64,000 nucleotides of DNA from Chloroflexota bacterium (GCA_022561385.1 JADFRG010000009.1:9051-73050), one strand, 5' to 3'; positions 1 through 14,032 are shown, numbered from the stretch's first letter. The notes: generated by a model from the letters alone, not told the origin. Program-made: numbers and translations.

Positions 1-2
1 CG

Positions 3-488
3 GCCTATGTAATCGAGTTAGTGGACCGCTTCGGGGTGCAAGAGGCCGATTCACAAGCTCTCTACCAGCTCGCCACCCATACACTTGAGCGGCTCGATCG
101 CGAAGCCGAAACCGCCGCTTCGCTCCGTTATTTCCAGGTGCGGCTCCTGGACCTTTCCGGCTACCGACCCGAACTTCATCGGTGCGTCAATTGCTTAGAA
201 GCGGCCCAACCGCAAGACCAATTCTTTTCCGCCAACGAAGGTGGCCTACTCTGCCCGAACTGCGGACCCAGGGATCCTTACGCCCGGGCGCTCTCCCTGG
301 GAGCGCTCAAAGTGCTTCGACACTACCAGCGCAACGGGTATCCCGAGGCCTCCCGCCCGAGAGTCAGCGGAAACGTGGCCCTTGAAATAGAAGTCCTTAT
401 GGAGAGCTACCTCAACCATTTGGTTGAGCGCGATCTTCGTGTCCCGGCCTTCGTGCGGCAGGTGCGCAGGGTGCGGGAGGCAGGTTAG
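3..488 (+). CDS. recO: DNA repair protein RecO, C-terminal part (5' end outside window)
   Basis: G-Y-R-P-E-L-H-R-C-x-x-C ... GG-L-L-C-x-x-C zinc-finger of RecO_C; frame open back to window edge; lies upstream of glyQS as in the common recO-glyQS-dnaG-rpoD order. Confidence 0.88.
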   Translation, partial: AYVIELVDRFGVQEADSQALYQLATHTLERLDREAETAASLRYFQVRLLDLSGYRPELHRCVNCLEAAQPQDQFFSANEGGLLCPNCGPRDPYARALSLGALKVLRHYQRNGYPEASRPRVSGNVALEIEVLMESYLNHLVERDLRVPAFVRQVRRVREAG

Positions 489-636
489 GTACCCTCGGAC
501 GCCGATGCGGGCTGGCTCGCTCCACGCGTCGGCCCACGCAGTGCGGAAACCCGAATCCGGCAGGTAATCAATTAGCGGACCCTATCATGAGCAGTTCTCC
601 GCTGCAGACAGAACTATTGACGCGGACGGCCGATCC

Positions 637-3615
<2,979 letters not shown>

Positions 3616-3708
3616 ACCCACAACGGCCTCACAGACCTAGCGGCAGCTGCACGGAAGGATAAAGGTACTAACGAATGAGCCAGCAGACCAGAATAAACGT
3701 AGGTATTA

Positions 3709-3737
3709 TTGCAACCCCACGGGTGCAAGGCTTTAAT
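3709..3737 (+). promoter_or_regulatory. Putative sigma70 promoter for dnaG-rpoD
   Basis: TTGCAA(3709-3714)-N17-TTTAAT(3732-3737), 47 nt upstream of dnaG ATG. Confidence 0.45.
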
Positions 3738-3784
3738 CGTCGCCCATTTCTTGCGCATCAATCACGACAAGAGCAGCCAACCAA

Positions 3785-5641
3785 ATGACCGTAGTGGAAG
3801 AAATTAAAGATCGGGTCGATATCGCCGAATTGATCGGCGAGTCGATGCAGTTGAAAAAATCCGGGAAAAACTTCACCGGCTTTTGCCCTTTCCATGCCAA
3901 CACGCGGACGCCGGCGTTTGTCGTGTTTCCCGACACGGGGACCTGGCGCTGCTTCGGAGCATGCAACGAGGGTGGCGACGTTTACAAGTATGTGATGAAA
4001 AAGGAAGGCTGGGATTTCCCGCAGGCGCTGCAGAACCTTGCGGAGCGCGCGGGGGTTGAACTCCGGCCGCGGACCCCCGAACAAGAAGAACAAGAAGAGG
4101 CGCAGGTAGGCCTGCGAGGTCTCCTGGAGTCGGCGGTTACCTTCTATCGCAACAATCTTCTTCACAGTGATCAGGTCCTGGGGTACCTGCAGGGTCGAGG
4201 GTTCTCGTCGGAGGCTCTAGAGAGTTTCGGCGTTGGGTACGCCCCGGATTCTTGGGACGCACTCCAGGCTTTCCTGCTGGAGAAGGGGCACAAACACGAG
4301 CAGCTGGTTGAGGCAGGACTGATCGCCAAGCGCGAAAACGGAGGATTCTACGACCGCTTCCGAAACAGGATTATGTTCCCGATTCGTGACGGGCGCGGTC
4401 GGATGGCAGGTTTTGGCGCTCGCATCTCCGATCCGAAGGATCAACCAAAATTCATCAACTCGCCTCAGACCGTTTTGTTCGATAAAGGGCGACTTCTGTT
4501 TGGACTGGACGGGGCACGCAAGGCCATCCGGGCGGCGGACCAAGCGGTGGTGGTGGAAGGGTATTTTGATGTGATCGCCCTGCACCAGGCCGGCCATGGA
4601 AACGCGGTGTCGCCTATGGGCACGGCGCTGACCTCGCATCAACTGCGAAGCCTGAAGCGCTACAGCCGGAATATCGTCCTGGCGCTCGACGCAGATGCGG
4701 CAGGAAACCAGGCTACGCTGCGGGGACTTAACGTCGCGCGGGAAGCTCTCGATCGCGAGCCGGACCCGGTTTTCGACGCCCGCGGACTGGTTCGACATGA
4801 AGGCCGCCTGGACGCGGAAATTCGGATTGTGGGTCTACCGGAGGGGAAGGACCCGGACGAGGTTGCTCTTGAAGATCCCGAGGCGTGGACCGACTTGCTA
4901 CGTAAGGCAAGCCCGGTGGTGGAGTATGTGATGGACTTGCTGATCGGTCCGAGCGACTCGCAGGACGCTAAGCAAAAGGCTGCGATCGCCCGTCAGGTCC
5001 TGCCGCTTATCGAAGATGTGGCGGATCCCGTCGAGCGAGAAGCCTACCGTCAGGGTCTTGCACGCCGCCTGAAGGTGGATGAGCGCGCGATGATGGGATG
5101 GCGTCCGAAACGCACCACTCGAACCCAGGCGTCCGCACCGGACTTGCAACAAGTTGACTCCATGGCCACCGAAGGCTTCTGCCTGGGCCTGTTATTGAGA
5201 GATCCGGAGCTTACCTACTGGATTGACCGTCAATTACATGCTCTGGAACTGGAAGGACTGTCCAGCCAGGATTTCATCGGGACCGATTCGCAAGTAATTT
5301 TCAAGGCAGTGCAGTCCTCTCTCGGCCAGGTTGACGAGGAGCCGACCGAGCGTTGGAAGGCGTTGTTGGATGGAACGGCGCTTGATCAGGCGATTGCTTT
5401 CGCAAGCAAGGCAGAAGAAGTAGACTTCGCCCGACCCAAGGTAGCCGACGCCGTTTCGGCTGATTTTTTCCGCTTGCGCATGCGCCGTGTGGAAGGGCTG
5501 CTTGAGCAACTGAGCTTCCAACAGCAGGCCGTCCAGGAGTTGGAAACGGTTGAACAGGAGATGATCAGCTTGGCGAAGAAGGCCCAAAATCTGGTCACGC
5601 AGAAGCGCCGACTGGATGTGGCACTGGCGGGGCGAAAGTAG
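3785..5641 (+). CDS. dnaG: DNA primase
   Basis: Zinc-binding CPFH...C-FGAC, DRFRNRIMFPI, TOPRIM VEGYFDVI and DADAAG motifs. Confidence 0.97.
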   Translation: MTVVEEIKDRVDIAELIGESMQLKKSGKNFTGFCPFHANTRTPAFVVFPDTGTWRCFGACNEGGDVYKYVMKKEGWDFPQALQNLAERAGVELRPRTPEQEEQEEAQVGLRGLLESAVTFYRNNLLHSDQVLGYLQGRGFSSEALESFGVGYAPDSWDALQAFLLEKGHKHEQLVEAGLIAKRENGGFYDRFRNRIMFPIRDGRGRMAGFGARISDPKDQPKFINSPQTVLFDKGRLLFGLDGARKAIRAADQAVVVEGYFDVIALHQAGHGNAVSPMGTALTSHQLRSLKRYSRNIVLALDADAAGNQATLRGLNVAREALDREPDPVFDARGLVRHEGRLDAEIRIVGLPEGKDPDEVALEDPEAWTDLLRKASPVVEYVMDLLIGPSDSQDAKQKAAIARQVLPLIEDVADPVEREAYRQGLARRLKVDERAMMGWRPKRTTRTQASAPDLQQVDSMATEGFCLGLLLRDPELTYWIDRQLHALELEGLSSQDFIGTDSQVIFKAVQSSLGQVDEEPTERWKALLDGTALDQAIAFASKAEEVDFARPKVADAVSADFFRLRMRRVEGLLEQLSFQQQAVQELETVEQEMISLAKKAQNLVTQKRRLDVALAGRK

Positions 5642-5647
5642 ATCCAC

Positions 5648-7180
5648 ATGGCAAATCAAAAAAACTCGAAATCCAGGGAGCTTGCTCCGGAGCCAGTAGA
5701 TGTAATTGATGGCGAGATCCTGGACGTTGAACCGGATTTTGATGGGGACCAGAAGGATGAGGCAAAGAAGGTGCTCGCGGACTTACCGGAGACCGGTCCG
5801 CTTGCACTGCCGGACGATTCTGGCGACGATCCGGTGCGGCTCTACCTCAGAGAGATAGGCAGAGTTAAGCTGCTTAAGTCGGCTCAGGAACTCTGGCTGG
5901 CGGTGCGAATGGCTGCCCGCCTGCGCCTGGATGGATTAAGAGAAGGCCGCGGGAAGAAGTCCGGGGAAGATTCCCTGTTCGAGGCCCATCTCGCCCTTTT
6001 CGATGATCTCCGCACTTCCTGGAAACGCCTGCTAGAAGATGCGAAGCGCATGAAGGAATCCGAGCCGGAATTAAGCTCGTTTCTTGAGGAATCGATCCAA
6101 TTACGGAACACCTGGTCTGCTGAGAATCATTCATACATTCGCAACTGGTTAAACAACGGTCTGTGGGGGACCGATCCCGCCTGGGAGGGGGTCGCAAGAA
6201 CGGCGCTGGAAGCCATGCAGGGACTCTATGCTATGCCGAGGGAGCTTCAAGCAAAACTCCTAAGCCGATTGACCAAGGTCAAGGGCTTTCCCAGCAAACA
6301 AACCTATCAAAGCTGGTTGCCAGAACCGAAGGAGCTGGATGAGGAGTATTCTGATATTTCGGCGCTCGCGGACGAGGGGCAAAAGGCCCTCATTCGGGCC
6401 AATCTCCGACTGGTCGTCAGCGTAGCCAAGCGCTACATGGGGAGAGGGATCGCCTTCCTGGATCTGATTCAGGAAGGGAACATCGGACTCCTACGGGCAG
6501 TCGAGAAGTTTGATCCCGCAAAGGGTTACAAATTCAGTACTTATGCCACGTGGTGGATTCGCCAGGCAATCAGCCGCGCCATCGCGGACCAGGCCCGCAC
6601 GATCCGTATCCCGGTGCACATGGTCGAGACGATCAACCGTTTGATGCGGGCGCAGCGCAGAATGGTGCAGGAACTGGGAAGGGAACCCACTTCGGATGAA
6701 CTGGCGCTGGAACTCGAGATTCTAGAGCCTGAAGACGTTGCTGCCATCCGCCAGGCATACTCGGCCGAAGAACCGCTCGATCCCACGCTCGAGCGTAAAT
6801 TGAGGCGGGGAGCGGAGAAGGTTCGAAGCATCATCCGCATCGCTCAAGAGCCGATGTCGCTCGAGACGCCGGTTGGATCGGAAGATTCGAGCGAACTGGC
6901 AGACTTTATCGAGGATGATTCGATGCCTGAACCTGCGGATGAAGCCGCTAAGTCGCTCCTCAAAGAGCAGGTCCAGAACGCACTGTCCGTCTTGACTGAA
7001 AGAGAGCGCCAGGTATTGGAAATGCGCTTCGGGCTCCAGGACGGTAGAGACTACACTCTCGAAGAGGTTGGAAAGTACTTCCAGGTCACGCGGGAGCGGA
7101 TTCGTCAGATTGAAGCCAAAGCCCTGCGTAAGCTGCGTCATCCAACCCGCAGTCGCCATCTCCGCGATTATCTGTCTTAA
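5648..7180 (+). CDS. rpoD: RNA polymerase primary sigma factor (sigma70 family)
   Basis: [11 protein letters not shown] (1.2), [56 protein letters not shown]; follows dnaG. Confidence 0.97.
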   Translation: MANQKNSKSRELAPEPVDVIDGEILDVEPDFDGDQKDEAKKVLADLPETGPLALPDDSGDDPVRLYLREIGRVKLLKSAQELWLAVRMAARLRLDGLREGRGKKSGEDSLFEAHLALFDDLRTSWKRLLEDAKRMKESEPELSSFLEESIQLRNTWSAENHSYIRNWLNNGLWGTDPAWEGVARTALEAMQGLYAMPRELQAKLLSRLTKVKGFPSKQTYQSWLPEPKELDEEYSDISALADEGQKALIRANLRLVVSVAKRYMGRGIAFLDLIQEGNIGLLRAVEKFDPAKGYKFSTYATWWIRQAISRAIADQARTIRIPVHMVETINRLMRAQRRMVQELGREPTSDELALELEILEPEDVAAIRQAYSAEEPLDPTLERKLRRGAEKVRSIIRIAQEPMSLETPVGSEDSSELADFIEDDSMPEPADEAAKSLLKEQVQNALSVLTERERQVLEMRFGLQDGRDYTLEEVGKYFQVTRERIRQIEAKALRKLRHPTRSRHLRDYLS

Positions 7181-7324
7181 ATCTCAGTCTTTTCTGGCGA
7201 CACCACCCTATTCACCGGTGAGAACGATCGTTTTTAACGCCCGAGGAGGCTGGCCTCCCCCCACCCTTCACGGGATGTCTTAGAATCACCCCACGCATTT
7301 CAATCTAATCTGGAGGACTTCCGT

Positions 7325-9808
7325 ATGCCAGTAAAAGCCCTGGAGCCTGCGCAGTTATGTCAACGTTGCGATCCAACCCAATTCGATTTTGAAACAACTG
7401 CAGAGCTCGATCACCTCACAGACTTCATTGGCCAGCCCCGAGCTATTGAGGCCCTGGATTTTGCAGTGGGGATTCGCCAGAAGGGCTATAACATTTTCGC
7501 CTTCGGACCGGAAGGCATCGGCAAGGGTAACCTCGTTCGGAAGACATTCGAAGCCGCAGCTGCCGGCGACCCTCTGCCTTCCGACTGGTGTTATTTGCAA
7601 GATTTCGAGCGACCCCACCGTCCGTGGGCACTCGAGCTGCCCGCCGGGAAAGGTATTGAGTTCAAGCGTGATATGGAGCAGTTTGTAGAGGACCTGCAGA
7701 ACGTTCTCCCGGTCACCTTTGAAAGCGAAGAGTACCAAAATCGAATGCAGGAGGTTCGGGAAGCACTCAACGACCGGCAGGAAGCGGCCCTGGGTGAACT
7801 GCGGGCGCAGGCAGAGCAGGTGGAATTGGCCGTGCTTCGCACACCGGCTGGCCTGGCGATCGCCCCCGTCAGTGATGGCGAAGTTATATCGCCGGAAGAG
7901 TTCCAAAATATGCCGCCCGAGAAGCGAGAAAGTCTCGAAAAGAACATTTCCGATCTTCAAGAGCAGCTCGAAAAGATGTTAATCAACCTCCCGGGTTGGC
8001 AGCGTGAGCTCAGGGAACAAGTCACCGATCTGAACCGGGAGATGGCGGATATCGCGGTCGGAGGACTGATCCGAGAACTCATGGAGAAATACGCGGAACA
8101 TGAGCAGATTGTGGAGCACCTGAAGGCGGTTCAGGCCGATGTTGTTCGAAACGTACGGGAGATCACCGAGGAGGGCGACCCCGCTGAATATCCGGACCTG
8201 CCCGGCTCCCGGGGAACGCGTGCGGCTCTGTCGGACGGAGGCGCGCGCTCCACTCTCCGGCGCTACCAAGTCAACTTGCTGGTCGATAACGCCTCAACAG
8301 AGAGCGCGCCGGTAGTTTACGAAGATAATCCGACTTTCCAAAATTTATTAGGGCGCGTCGAATATACGGCCCGTATGGGTGCGCTCAGTACGGACTTCAA
8401 TCTGATCAAGCCGGGGGCGCTGCATCGCGCCAACGGTGGCTATCTGATCCTGGATGCGCGCAAACTGTTCCAGGAGCCCCTTGCCTGGGAGGGGCTAAAA
8501 CGCGCCCTTCGATCGGAGCAGCTTAAGATGGAGATGCAGGGACAAGTCCAGAGCTTTATCAGCACCGTCACTTTGGACCCCGAACCGATTCCACTGAAGC
8601 TGAAAATCGCGCTTCTGGGGGAACCCCATCTTTACTATCTGCTCATGGAATACGACCCGGAATCTCGCGAGTTATTCCGGGTGGCCTCGGATTTTGACGA
8701 TCAAATGGATCGCGATTCAGATTCGCAAATGCTCTATGCCCGGCTGATCGGAAGCCTTTCCACCGTGCACGACCTCAGGCCGCTTGATCCGGGAGGAGTG
8801 GCGCGCGTGATCGAACAAAGCTCTCGCATGGTCTCGGATGGCAAGAAGCTCTCTATTCAGATGAATTACATCACCGATTTGATGCGCGAGGCGGATTACT
8901 GGGCTGGGGAAGCGGGTCACGAGGTTGTGACGGCGGAAGATGTGTCGAAGGCCCTCGACGCTCAGATTTATCGTTCAGACCGGATCCGGGAGCGTTTTCA
9001 AGAAGAGATCCACCGGGAAACCGTGTTAATCGACACCGAAGGGTCGCAGGTAGGCCAGGTGAACGGCCTCGCGGTTTACCAGTTTGGTGAATTTGCCTTC
9101 GGGCGACCAAGCCGTATCACCGCTCGTGTGCGGGTAGGGAAGGGTGAGGTTTTGGACATCGAGCGAGAAGTTGAACTTGGCGGCCCCATCCATTCCAAAG
9201 GTGTGCTTATCTTGAGCTCCTTTCTCGGCTCGCGTTATTCGGCGGATCGCCAGCTCTCGCTCAGTGCAAGTCTTGTTTTTGAGCAGTCCTACGGCGGCAT
9301 TGAAGGGGACAGTGCTTCCTCCGCCGAGCTCTACGCGCTGCTCTCCGCGATTGCGGACGTGCCGCTGAAGCAATCGCTGGCTGTCACCGGATCCGTCAAT
9401 CAGTACGGCAGGGTGCAGGCGATTGGTGGCGTGAATGAGAAGATAGAAGGTTTCTTTGATATTTGTCAGTCGCGCGGGCTCGATGGCAATCACGGGGTCT
9501 TGATCCCTGACTCTAACGTGCAGCACCTCATGTTACGCGAAGATGTCGTTCAAGCCGTGGAAGAAGGGAAATTCCATGTCTACCCGATCGAAACTATCGA
9601 CCAGGGTATCGAGCTGCTGACCGGCATAACCGCCGGCGAGCCGGACGAAGAGGGGGAGTATCCAGAGGACACCCTAAACGGGAAGGTCCAGGCCCGATTG
9701 GCAAGATTTGCCGAAGAGGGGGAAGGCGACAAATCCAAGCACCAGGATGAGAATGCCGAAAAGCAAGAAGGTGGCCAAAACACCCAGGAGCAGAAGGACG
9801 AATCGTGA
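7325..9808 (+). CDS. Lon-like AAA protease (AAA_32 / LonC-like, Ser-Lys dyad)
   Basis: IGQPRA, IKPGALHRANGGYLIL, EGDSASSAE catalytic Ser, GGVNEKIEGF catalytic Lys; Walker A degenerate (GPEGIGKG). Confidence 0.88.
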   Translation: MPVKALEPAQLCQRCDPTQFDFETTAELDHLTDFIGQPRAIEALDFAVGIRQKGYNIFAFGPEGIGKGNLVRKTFEAAAAGDPLPSDWCYLQDFERPHRPWALELPAGKGIEFKRDMEQFVEDLQNVLPVTFESEEYQNRMQEVREALNDRQEAALGELRAQAEQVELAVLRTPAGLAIAPVSDGEVISPEEFQNMPPEKRESLEKNISDLQEQLEKMLINLPGWQRELREQVTDLNREMADIAVGGLIRELMEKYAEHEQIVEHLKAVQADVVRNVREITEEGDPAEYPDLPGSRGTRAALSDGGARSTLRRYQVNLLVDNASTESAPVVYEDNPTFQNLLGRVEYTARMGALSTDFNLIKPGALHRANGGYLILDARKLFQEPLAWEGLKRALRSEQLKMEMQGQVQSFISTVTLDPEPIPLKLKIALLGEPHLYYLLMEYDPESRELFRVASDFDDQMDRDSDSQMLYARLIGSLSTVHDLRPLDPGGVARVIEQSSRMVSDGKKLSIQMNYITDLMREADYWAGEAGHEVVTAEDVSKALDAQIYRSDRIRERFQEEIHRETVLIDTEGSQVGQVNGLAVYQFGEFAFGRPSRITARVRVGKGEVLDIEREVELGGPIHSKGVLILSSFLGSRYSADRQLSLSASLVFEQSYGGIEGDSASSAELYALLSAIADVPLKQSLAVTGSVNQYGRVQAIGGVNEKIEGFFDICQSRGLDGNHGVLIPDSNVQHLMLREDVVQAVEEGKFHVYPIETIDQGIELLTGITAGEPDEEGEYPEDTLNGKVQARLARFAEEGEGDKSKHQDENAEKQEGGQNTQEQKDES

Positions 9809-10626
9809 GCGATTCGGAAAAGATCCGCCGCATTCTCGTCGCCATCGACGCTTCCGCTCAAAGCCTGGCCGCGCTGGAAATAGCGGCTCAACTCGCCGCC
9901 GACCTGGGGGCCGAGTTGGCGGGGTTATACGTGGAGGACATCAATCTAATACGGCTGGCGGCATTGCCCGCGGTCCTGGAAATCGGTGGGGTATCCGCCC
10001 GGTCTCGGCGGTTGGATGAACACCGCATGTCCAGGCAACTGCGCAGTCAGGCCGCCCGCGCGGCAAAGGCGATGGCCGATGTCGCCGGCCGCAGCAAAAT
10101 TCGATGGTCTTTCACCGTCGCGCGCGGGTCAATCGAAACCGAATTGCTCCAGGCGGCAACGGAAGCGGATCTGCTTATCCTTGGACGGGCGGGCTGGTCG
10201 GGGAAGCGCAAGCTCGGCTCTACGGCTCGTAAGCTGATTGCCGCGGGGCCCAAACGGACTCTGGTCATCGAACGGGGAGAGCGGCGGTTCCCCACCCTCA
10301 TGACGGTCTACGACGGATCCGAGCTATCTCAGCGCGCGCTGGACACCGCGATAGGCATCGGTGGTTATCTGGCGGTTGGTATCGTGGCAGACGATGAAGA
10401 ACATGCCAAAACGCTGCAAAGGGAAGTCGCGGCCAAATTGAAATCGATGGGGCTGAAGGCTCGTTATCGCTGGCTTGTGCGCGCCGACACGCGCGAATTA
10501 GCAGATATGCTGTATGCCCAGGAAAAGTGCATTCTAATTCTTCCCGGGGGGAGCCCCTTGCTTAAAGGGAGGAGCCTGACGGAGGCTCTGGAGCAACTCA
10601 AGTGTCCGGTGTTATTAATTCAGTGA
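9805..10626 (+). CDS. Universal stress protein family protein
   Basis: RILVAIDAS N-terminus, ADLLILGRAG, C-terminal CPVLLI; GTGA overlap with protease stop. Confidence 0.82.
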   Translation: MSDSEKIRRILVAIDASAQSLAALEIAAQLAADLGAELAGLYVEDINLIRLAALPAVLEIGGVSARSRRLDEHRMSRQLRSQAARAAKAMADVAGRSKIRWSFTVARGSIETELLQAATEADLLILGRAGWSGKRKLGSTARKLIAAGPKRTLVIERGERRFPTLMTVYDGSELSQRALDTAIGIGGYLAVGIVADDEEHAKTLQREVAAKLKSMGLKARYRWLVRADTRELADMLYAQEKCILILPGGSPLLKGRSLTEALEQLKCPVLLIQ

Positions 10627-10696
10627 GAGGCCTGTTCCTATGCAGGCGGCCCCTCGCAGACCTGAGCAGGCGCCCGACAGCCGGCGCTGGCAGATA

Positions 10697-11614
10697 TTAA
10701 AGTATGGCTTTGGCGAGAGCTTCTAGACCGTCCAGGTCATCAAGGTCAAGCCACTGCAGCATCACTCGCTGCGCGCCCGCTTCTTCGTACTCTCCGATTC
10801 GATCCGCGATTTCCTGCCCCGTGCCTACGATCATTCCAAATTTCTTGATTCCATCCTCTGAATAGTCGGATTCCTCGATCTTTCGTTTTACTTCTCGGTC
10901 ATCTCTGCCGAAAAATATCGTGTTTGCAATGGTGCGCCGGATTTCCTCAGGCCGCCGACCTTCGGACACCAATAGTTCATCCAGGTAGGTGTTTAGCGCT
11001 GCGAAGGTTTCGGCGGGTCGGAAGCCCATATTCCACTCATCCGCGAGCCGGGCGATGAGCGGCAGGGTTCGCTTCCGACCCCGGCCACCGATCAAGATCG
11101 GAGGACCTCCCTTTCGTTGCGGTCTTGGTAGGAGCTCAGCTTCATTCAGATGGAAATATTTGCCCGAGAAACTTGCCGGCCCTTCGCCCTTTAGCAAACG
11201 GTGCACCACCTCCACCCCCTCCTCGAAGCGATCGAATCGCGGCCCGATTTTTAGTAGATCGAAACCAAATTTCTCGTGCTCGTGTTCTTGCCAACCTGCA
11301 CCGAGTCCGAGAATGAAACGGCCCCCGGAGAGATCGTCCAGGTCTTTGGCCATCCGCGCGGCAAATATCGGATTCCTGAACGATATCGGCGAAACCAGCT
11401 GACCGAACTCCATGCGACTCGTATTGTCCGCCAACCAGGCCAACGAAATCCACAGCTCCAGTGAGTCAATATCCGGTGGGCGCATGTTGGTGAAGTGATC
11501 GGATCGATACAGTGCCGCAAAACCCAGGTCTTCGACCGATCGAACGATGCGCTTCCAATTGCCCCAATTCAGGCCGTTTTGACCTTCCAGAAAGATGGCG
11601 ACGTCGACGGACAT
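10697..11614 (-). CDS. LLM-class (probably F420-dependent) oxidoreductase
   Basis: SDHF, DLSGGRFILGLGAGWQEHEH, PPILIGGRGRKRTL motifs. Confidence 0.88.
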   Translation of the reverse strand: MSVDVAIFLEGQNGLNWGNWKRIVRSVEDLGFAALYRSDHFTNMRPPDIDSLELWISLAWLADNTSRMEFGQLVSPISFRNPIFAARMAKDLDDLSGGRFILGLGAGWQEHEHEKFGFDLLKIGPRFDRFEEGVEVVHRLLKGEGPASFSGKYFHLNEAELLPRPQRKGGPPILIGGRGRKRTLPLIARLADEWNMGFRPAETFAALNTYLDELLVSEGRRPEEIRRTIANTIFFGRDDREVKRKIEESDYSEDGIKKFGMIVGTGQEIADRIGEYEEAGAQRVMLQWLDLDDLDGLEALAKAIL

Positions 11615-11631
11615 GGCTCCTCCCGGGCTCC

Positions 11632-12396
11632 CTAGAACTTGTGAATATCGAGGATTTTGTGTTCTTCGCCTTCCAGGTGGGCCACCACCTCGACATAGGG
11701 AGCCAGCGTGGAATTGGCGAGCTTGCGTTTGAGCAGCTCGTCTACCTGAAAAATTCCAGCAGAGTTATTGAGCAGGATGTCCAACCGAACGGGGAGTTCC
11801 TCACCTTTCTCAATTTTCACCGCTTCGATGGCCTGGGCCGACACGGAATGAATATTGACCGCCCCCGATTCGAATGGGATGCGAGAGCGTCCCTGCGTCA
11901 TGTCCAGCGCATCCGCGACTTTCAGCACGCCGGCTTCCAGGCTCAACGGTTGAACGTCCCGGCGATGGGCGATGATGGCGTGAAGCACCTCAGACACAAC
12001 CGTTGTCAGGTTCGGCTCGTCATATAAACCGGCTAGAAGCTGACGCGCCTTCGGATAACCCAACATCAGGCTGAAATTTTCGTGATTGTCCCGATGGACG
12101 GCCATCCCAATATCGTGAAGACATGCAGCCAGCACGACGATGACCTCCGCATCCTCATTCGTGAGGCCATGCTCAGAAACCGCACTTGTCTCAACGCCCG
12201 CCTCCACAAGGAGTCGGAGTATCTTTACGCAGCCATTAGCAACGATCTGAATATGAACCGGACCATGGTCGCTCATACCAAGGCGCCGGACGGCATTGAT
12301 ATTGGCCGCCTCCCAGAGCTGCTGGAGCTCAAGGTCGCCATTTATCCCTTCCAGGAGCGCCGCGAGTTTCTTATTGCCCTTGGTGCTGACTTTCAA
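11632..12396 (-). CDS. HD-domain metal-dependent phosphohydrolase
   Basis: DHGPVH, LHDIG and VADALD motifs. Confidence 0.82.
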   Translation of the reverse strand: MKVSTKGNKKLAALLEGINGDLELQQLWEAANINAVRRLGMSDHGPVHIQIVANGCVKILRLLVEAGVETSAVSEHGLTNEDAEVIVVLAACLHDIGMAVHRDNHENFSLMLGYPKARQLLAGLYDEPNLTTVVSEVLHAIIAHRRDVQPLSLEAGVLKVADALDMTQGRSRIPFESGAVNIHSVSAQAIEAVKIEKGEELPVRLDILLNNSAGIFQVDELLKRKLANSTLAPYVEVVAHLEGEEHKILDIHKF

Positions 12397-12539
12397 TGCG
12401 GTGGCCTCAAACGCGGGATGGGTTATTGTACGGCCCTTTTCTGGGATGGACGGTGGCCGGATGCCCGACCCAGGTTCGTCGAGCGGACTTCAGGCGTAAA
12501 TCCGAAGCAGCGCCGAAACGCCGGGTCGAATCCCGATTG

Positions 12540-12548
12540 TGATAGAAT
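12540..12548 (+). promoter_or_regulatory. Putative extended -10 promoter of nuo operon
   Basis: TG-A-TAGAAT, 51 nt upstream of nuoA ATG. Confidence 0.4.
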
Positions 12549-12599
12549 GAACATATACGTTTAAATTCGGCTTGGTTCCCCTCATAGAGCCTACAAAAG

Positions 12600-12956
12600 A
12601 TGCCTTCTGACTACCTGCCCATCGCTGTGCTTACATTTTTCGCGGTTGGTGCTGCGGTCTCGATTGTTGGAATCGGACACCTGCTTGGACCCCGCAAGAA
12701 AAATCCTAGGAAGGGTCAACCGTACGAATCAGGCATGGTTCCCTATGGGCCGGGCAGGCGCCGTGTGCCGGTTCACTTCTATCTCATCGCCGTGTTATTC
12801 ATCCTTTTTGACATCGAAATCGTTTTCATGCTACCGTGGGCAGTGGTGCTCCGCGACCTCGGGCTTTTCGGACTGATCGAGATGGTCATTTTTGTCCTGG
12901 TCCTGGCGGTCGGCCTCATCTACGCCTGGAAAAAAGGGGCGCTTGAGTGGGAATAG
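12600..12956 (+). CDS. nuoA: NADH-quinone oxidoreductase subunit A
   Basis: [26 protein letters not shown]. Confidence 0.97.
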   Translation: MPSDYLPIAVLTFFAVGAAVSIVGIGHLLGPRKKNPRKGQPYESGMVPYGPGRRRVPVHFYLIAVLFILFDIEIVFMLPWAVVLRDLGLFGLIEMVIFVLVLAVGLIYAWKKGALEWE

Positions 12957-13420
12957 AAACCAAACTCGGCAACCTGGGCGCCGTGACTACCTCCCTTCAG
13001 AAGGCCGTAGGCTGGAGCCGGACGCGTGCCATGTGGCCGCTCCTGACCGGCCTGGCCTGCTGCGCAATAGAGATGATGGCCTCCCAGGCCGCGGATTACG
13101 ATATGAGCCGTTTTGGTATGGAGCTCATGCGGGCCAGTCCTCGGCAGAGTGACTTGCTGATCGTGGCCGGCCGGGTATCGCGCAAGATGGCGCCGGTATT
13201 GCGCAGGCTCTATGATCAGATGCCGGAGCCCAAGTGGGTGATAGCCATGGGGGACTGCTGCTCCTGCGGCGGGGTCTTCAATAACTACGCCATCGTGCCC
13301 GGAGTAGACGAAATTATGCCGGTGGACGTTTATATCGCCGGATGCCCGCCGCGCCCCGAGGGACTCATCCACGGAATCCTCACGCTCCACGACAAGGTGA
13401 TGGCCGAGAAATTGGCTTGA
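12947..13420 (+). CDS. nuoB: NADH-quinone oxidoreductase subunit B
   Basis: [27 protein letters not shown]. Confidence 0.97.
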   Translation: MGIETKLGNLGAVTTSLQKAVGWSRTRAMWPLLTGLACCAIEMMASQAADYDMSRFGMELMRASPRQSDLLIVAGRVSRKMAPVLRRLYDQMPEPKWVIAMGDCCSCGGVFNNYAIVPGVDEIMPVDVYIAGCPPRPEGLIHGILTLHDKVMAEKLA

Positions 13421-13929
13421 GCGAAGCCGAAGCCACTCTATCCGCGTTGAAACAGGAACTTGAGCAACGAGTCCTTGACTCGATCGAGTTTCGGGATCAA
13501 CTGACGGCCGTGCTCCCACCCGAGGCCGTCGTTGAAGCCTGTCAATTTCTAAAACAGCGCGGTTACGACCTCCTGATCGGGCTGACCGCCTCGGATCACT
13601 GGCCCGAGCTGCCTCGTTTCGAGATGCTCTACCAGCTCTTTTCTACAGAAAAAAATTCACTGATTGGCCTGAGCGTCCGCCTCGAGGGGGAGGAGCCGAA
13701 GGTTCCGAGCATCGAATCGGTCTATCGCAATGCCAATTGGCACGAGCGAGAGGTCTTCGACATGTTTGGGATCGACTTCCCCGGACACTCCGACCTGAGA
13801 CGGATCCTGATGCCTATGGATTGGGAAGGCCATCCGTTGCGCAGGGACTATCCGTTGGGTTACGAAGAGGTGCAGTTCACCTTCAACTTCGATGAGATCG
13901 AAAAGCGCAAGAAGTACGCGCAGGAGTAA
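13417..13929 (+). CDS. nuoC: NADH-quinone oxidoreductase subunit C (start revised to TTG 13417)
   Basis: [28 protein letters not shown]; TTGA overlap with nuoB stop. Confidence 0.93.
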   Translation: MSEAEATLSALKQELEQRVLDSIEFRDQLTAVLPPEAVVEACQFLKQRGYDLLIGLTASDHWPELPRFEMLYQLFSTEKNSLIGLSVRLEGEEPKVPSIESVYRNANWHEREVFDMFGIDFPGHSDLRRILMPMDWEGHPLRRDYPLGYEEVQFTFNFDEIEKRKKYAQE

Positions 13930-13946
13930 ATAGAAACGACGGATCG

Positions 13947-14015
13947 GTGAACTACAAGCAGTTCACCTTCAACTTCGATGAGATCGAAAAGCGCAAGAAG
14001 TACGCGCAGGAGTAA
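13947..14015 (+). CDS. 22-aa mini-ORF (V/M)[21 protein letters not shown], copy of NuoC tail
   Basis: GTG start, TAA stop, within repeat; no strong RBS seen. Confidence 0.3.
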   Translation: MNYKQFTFNFDEIEKRKKYAQE

Positions 14016-14032
14016 ATAGAAACGACGGATCG

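Noticed and set aside
489-636. T-box riboswitch upstream of glyQS
   Set aside because: No T-box consensus or terminator, and region too short
12538-12556. Rex operator upstream of nuoA (TTGTGATAGAATGAACA)
   Set aside because: Right half does not match TTCACAA; better explained as an extended -10
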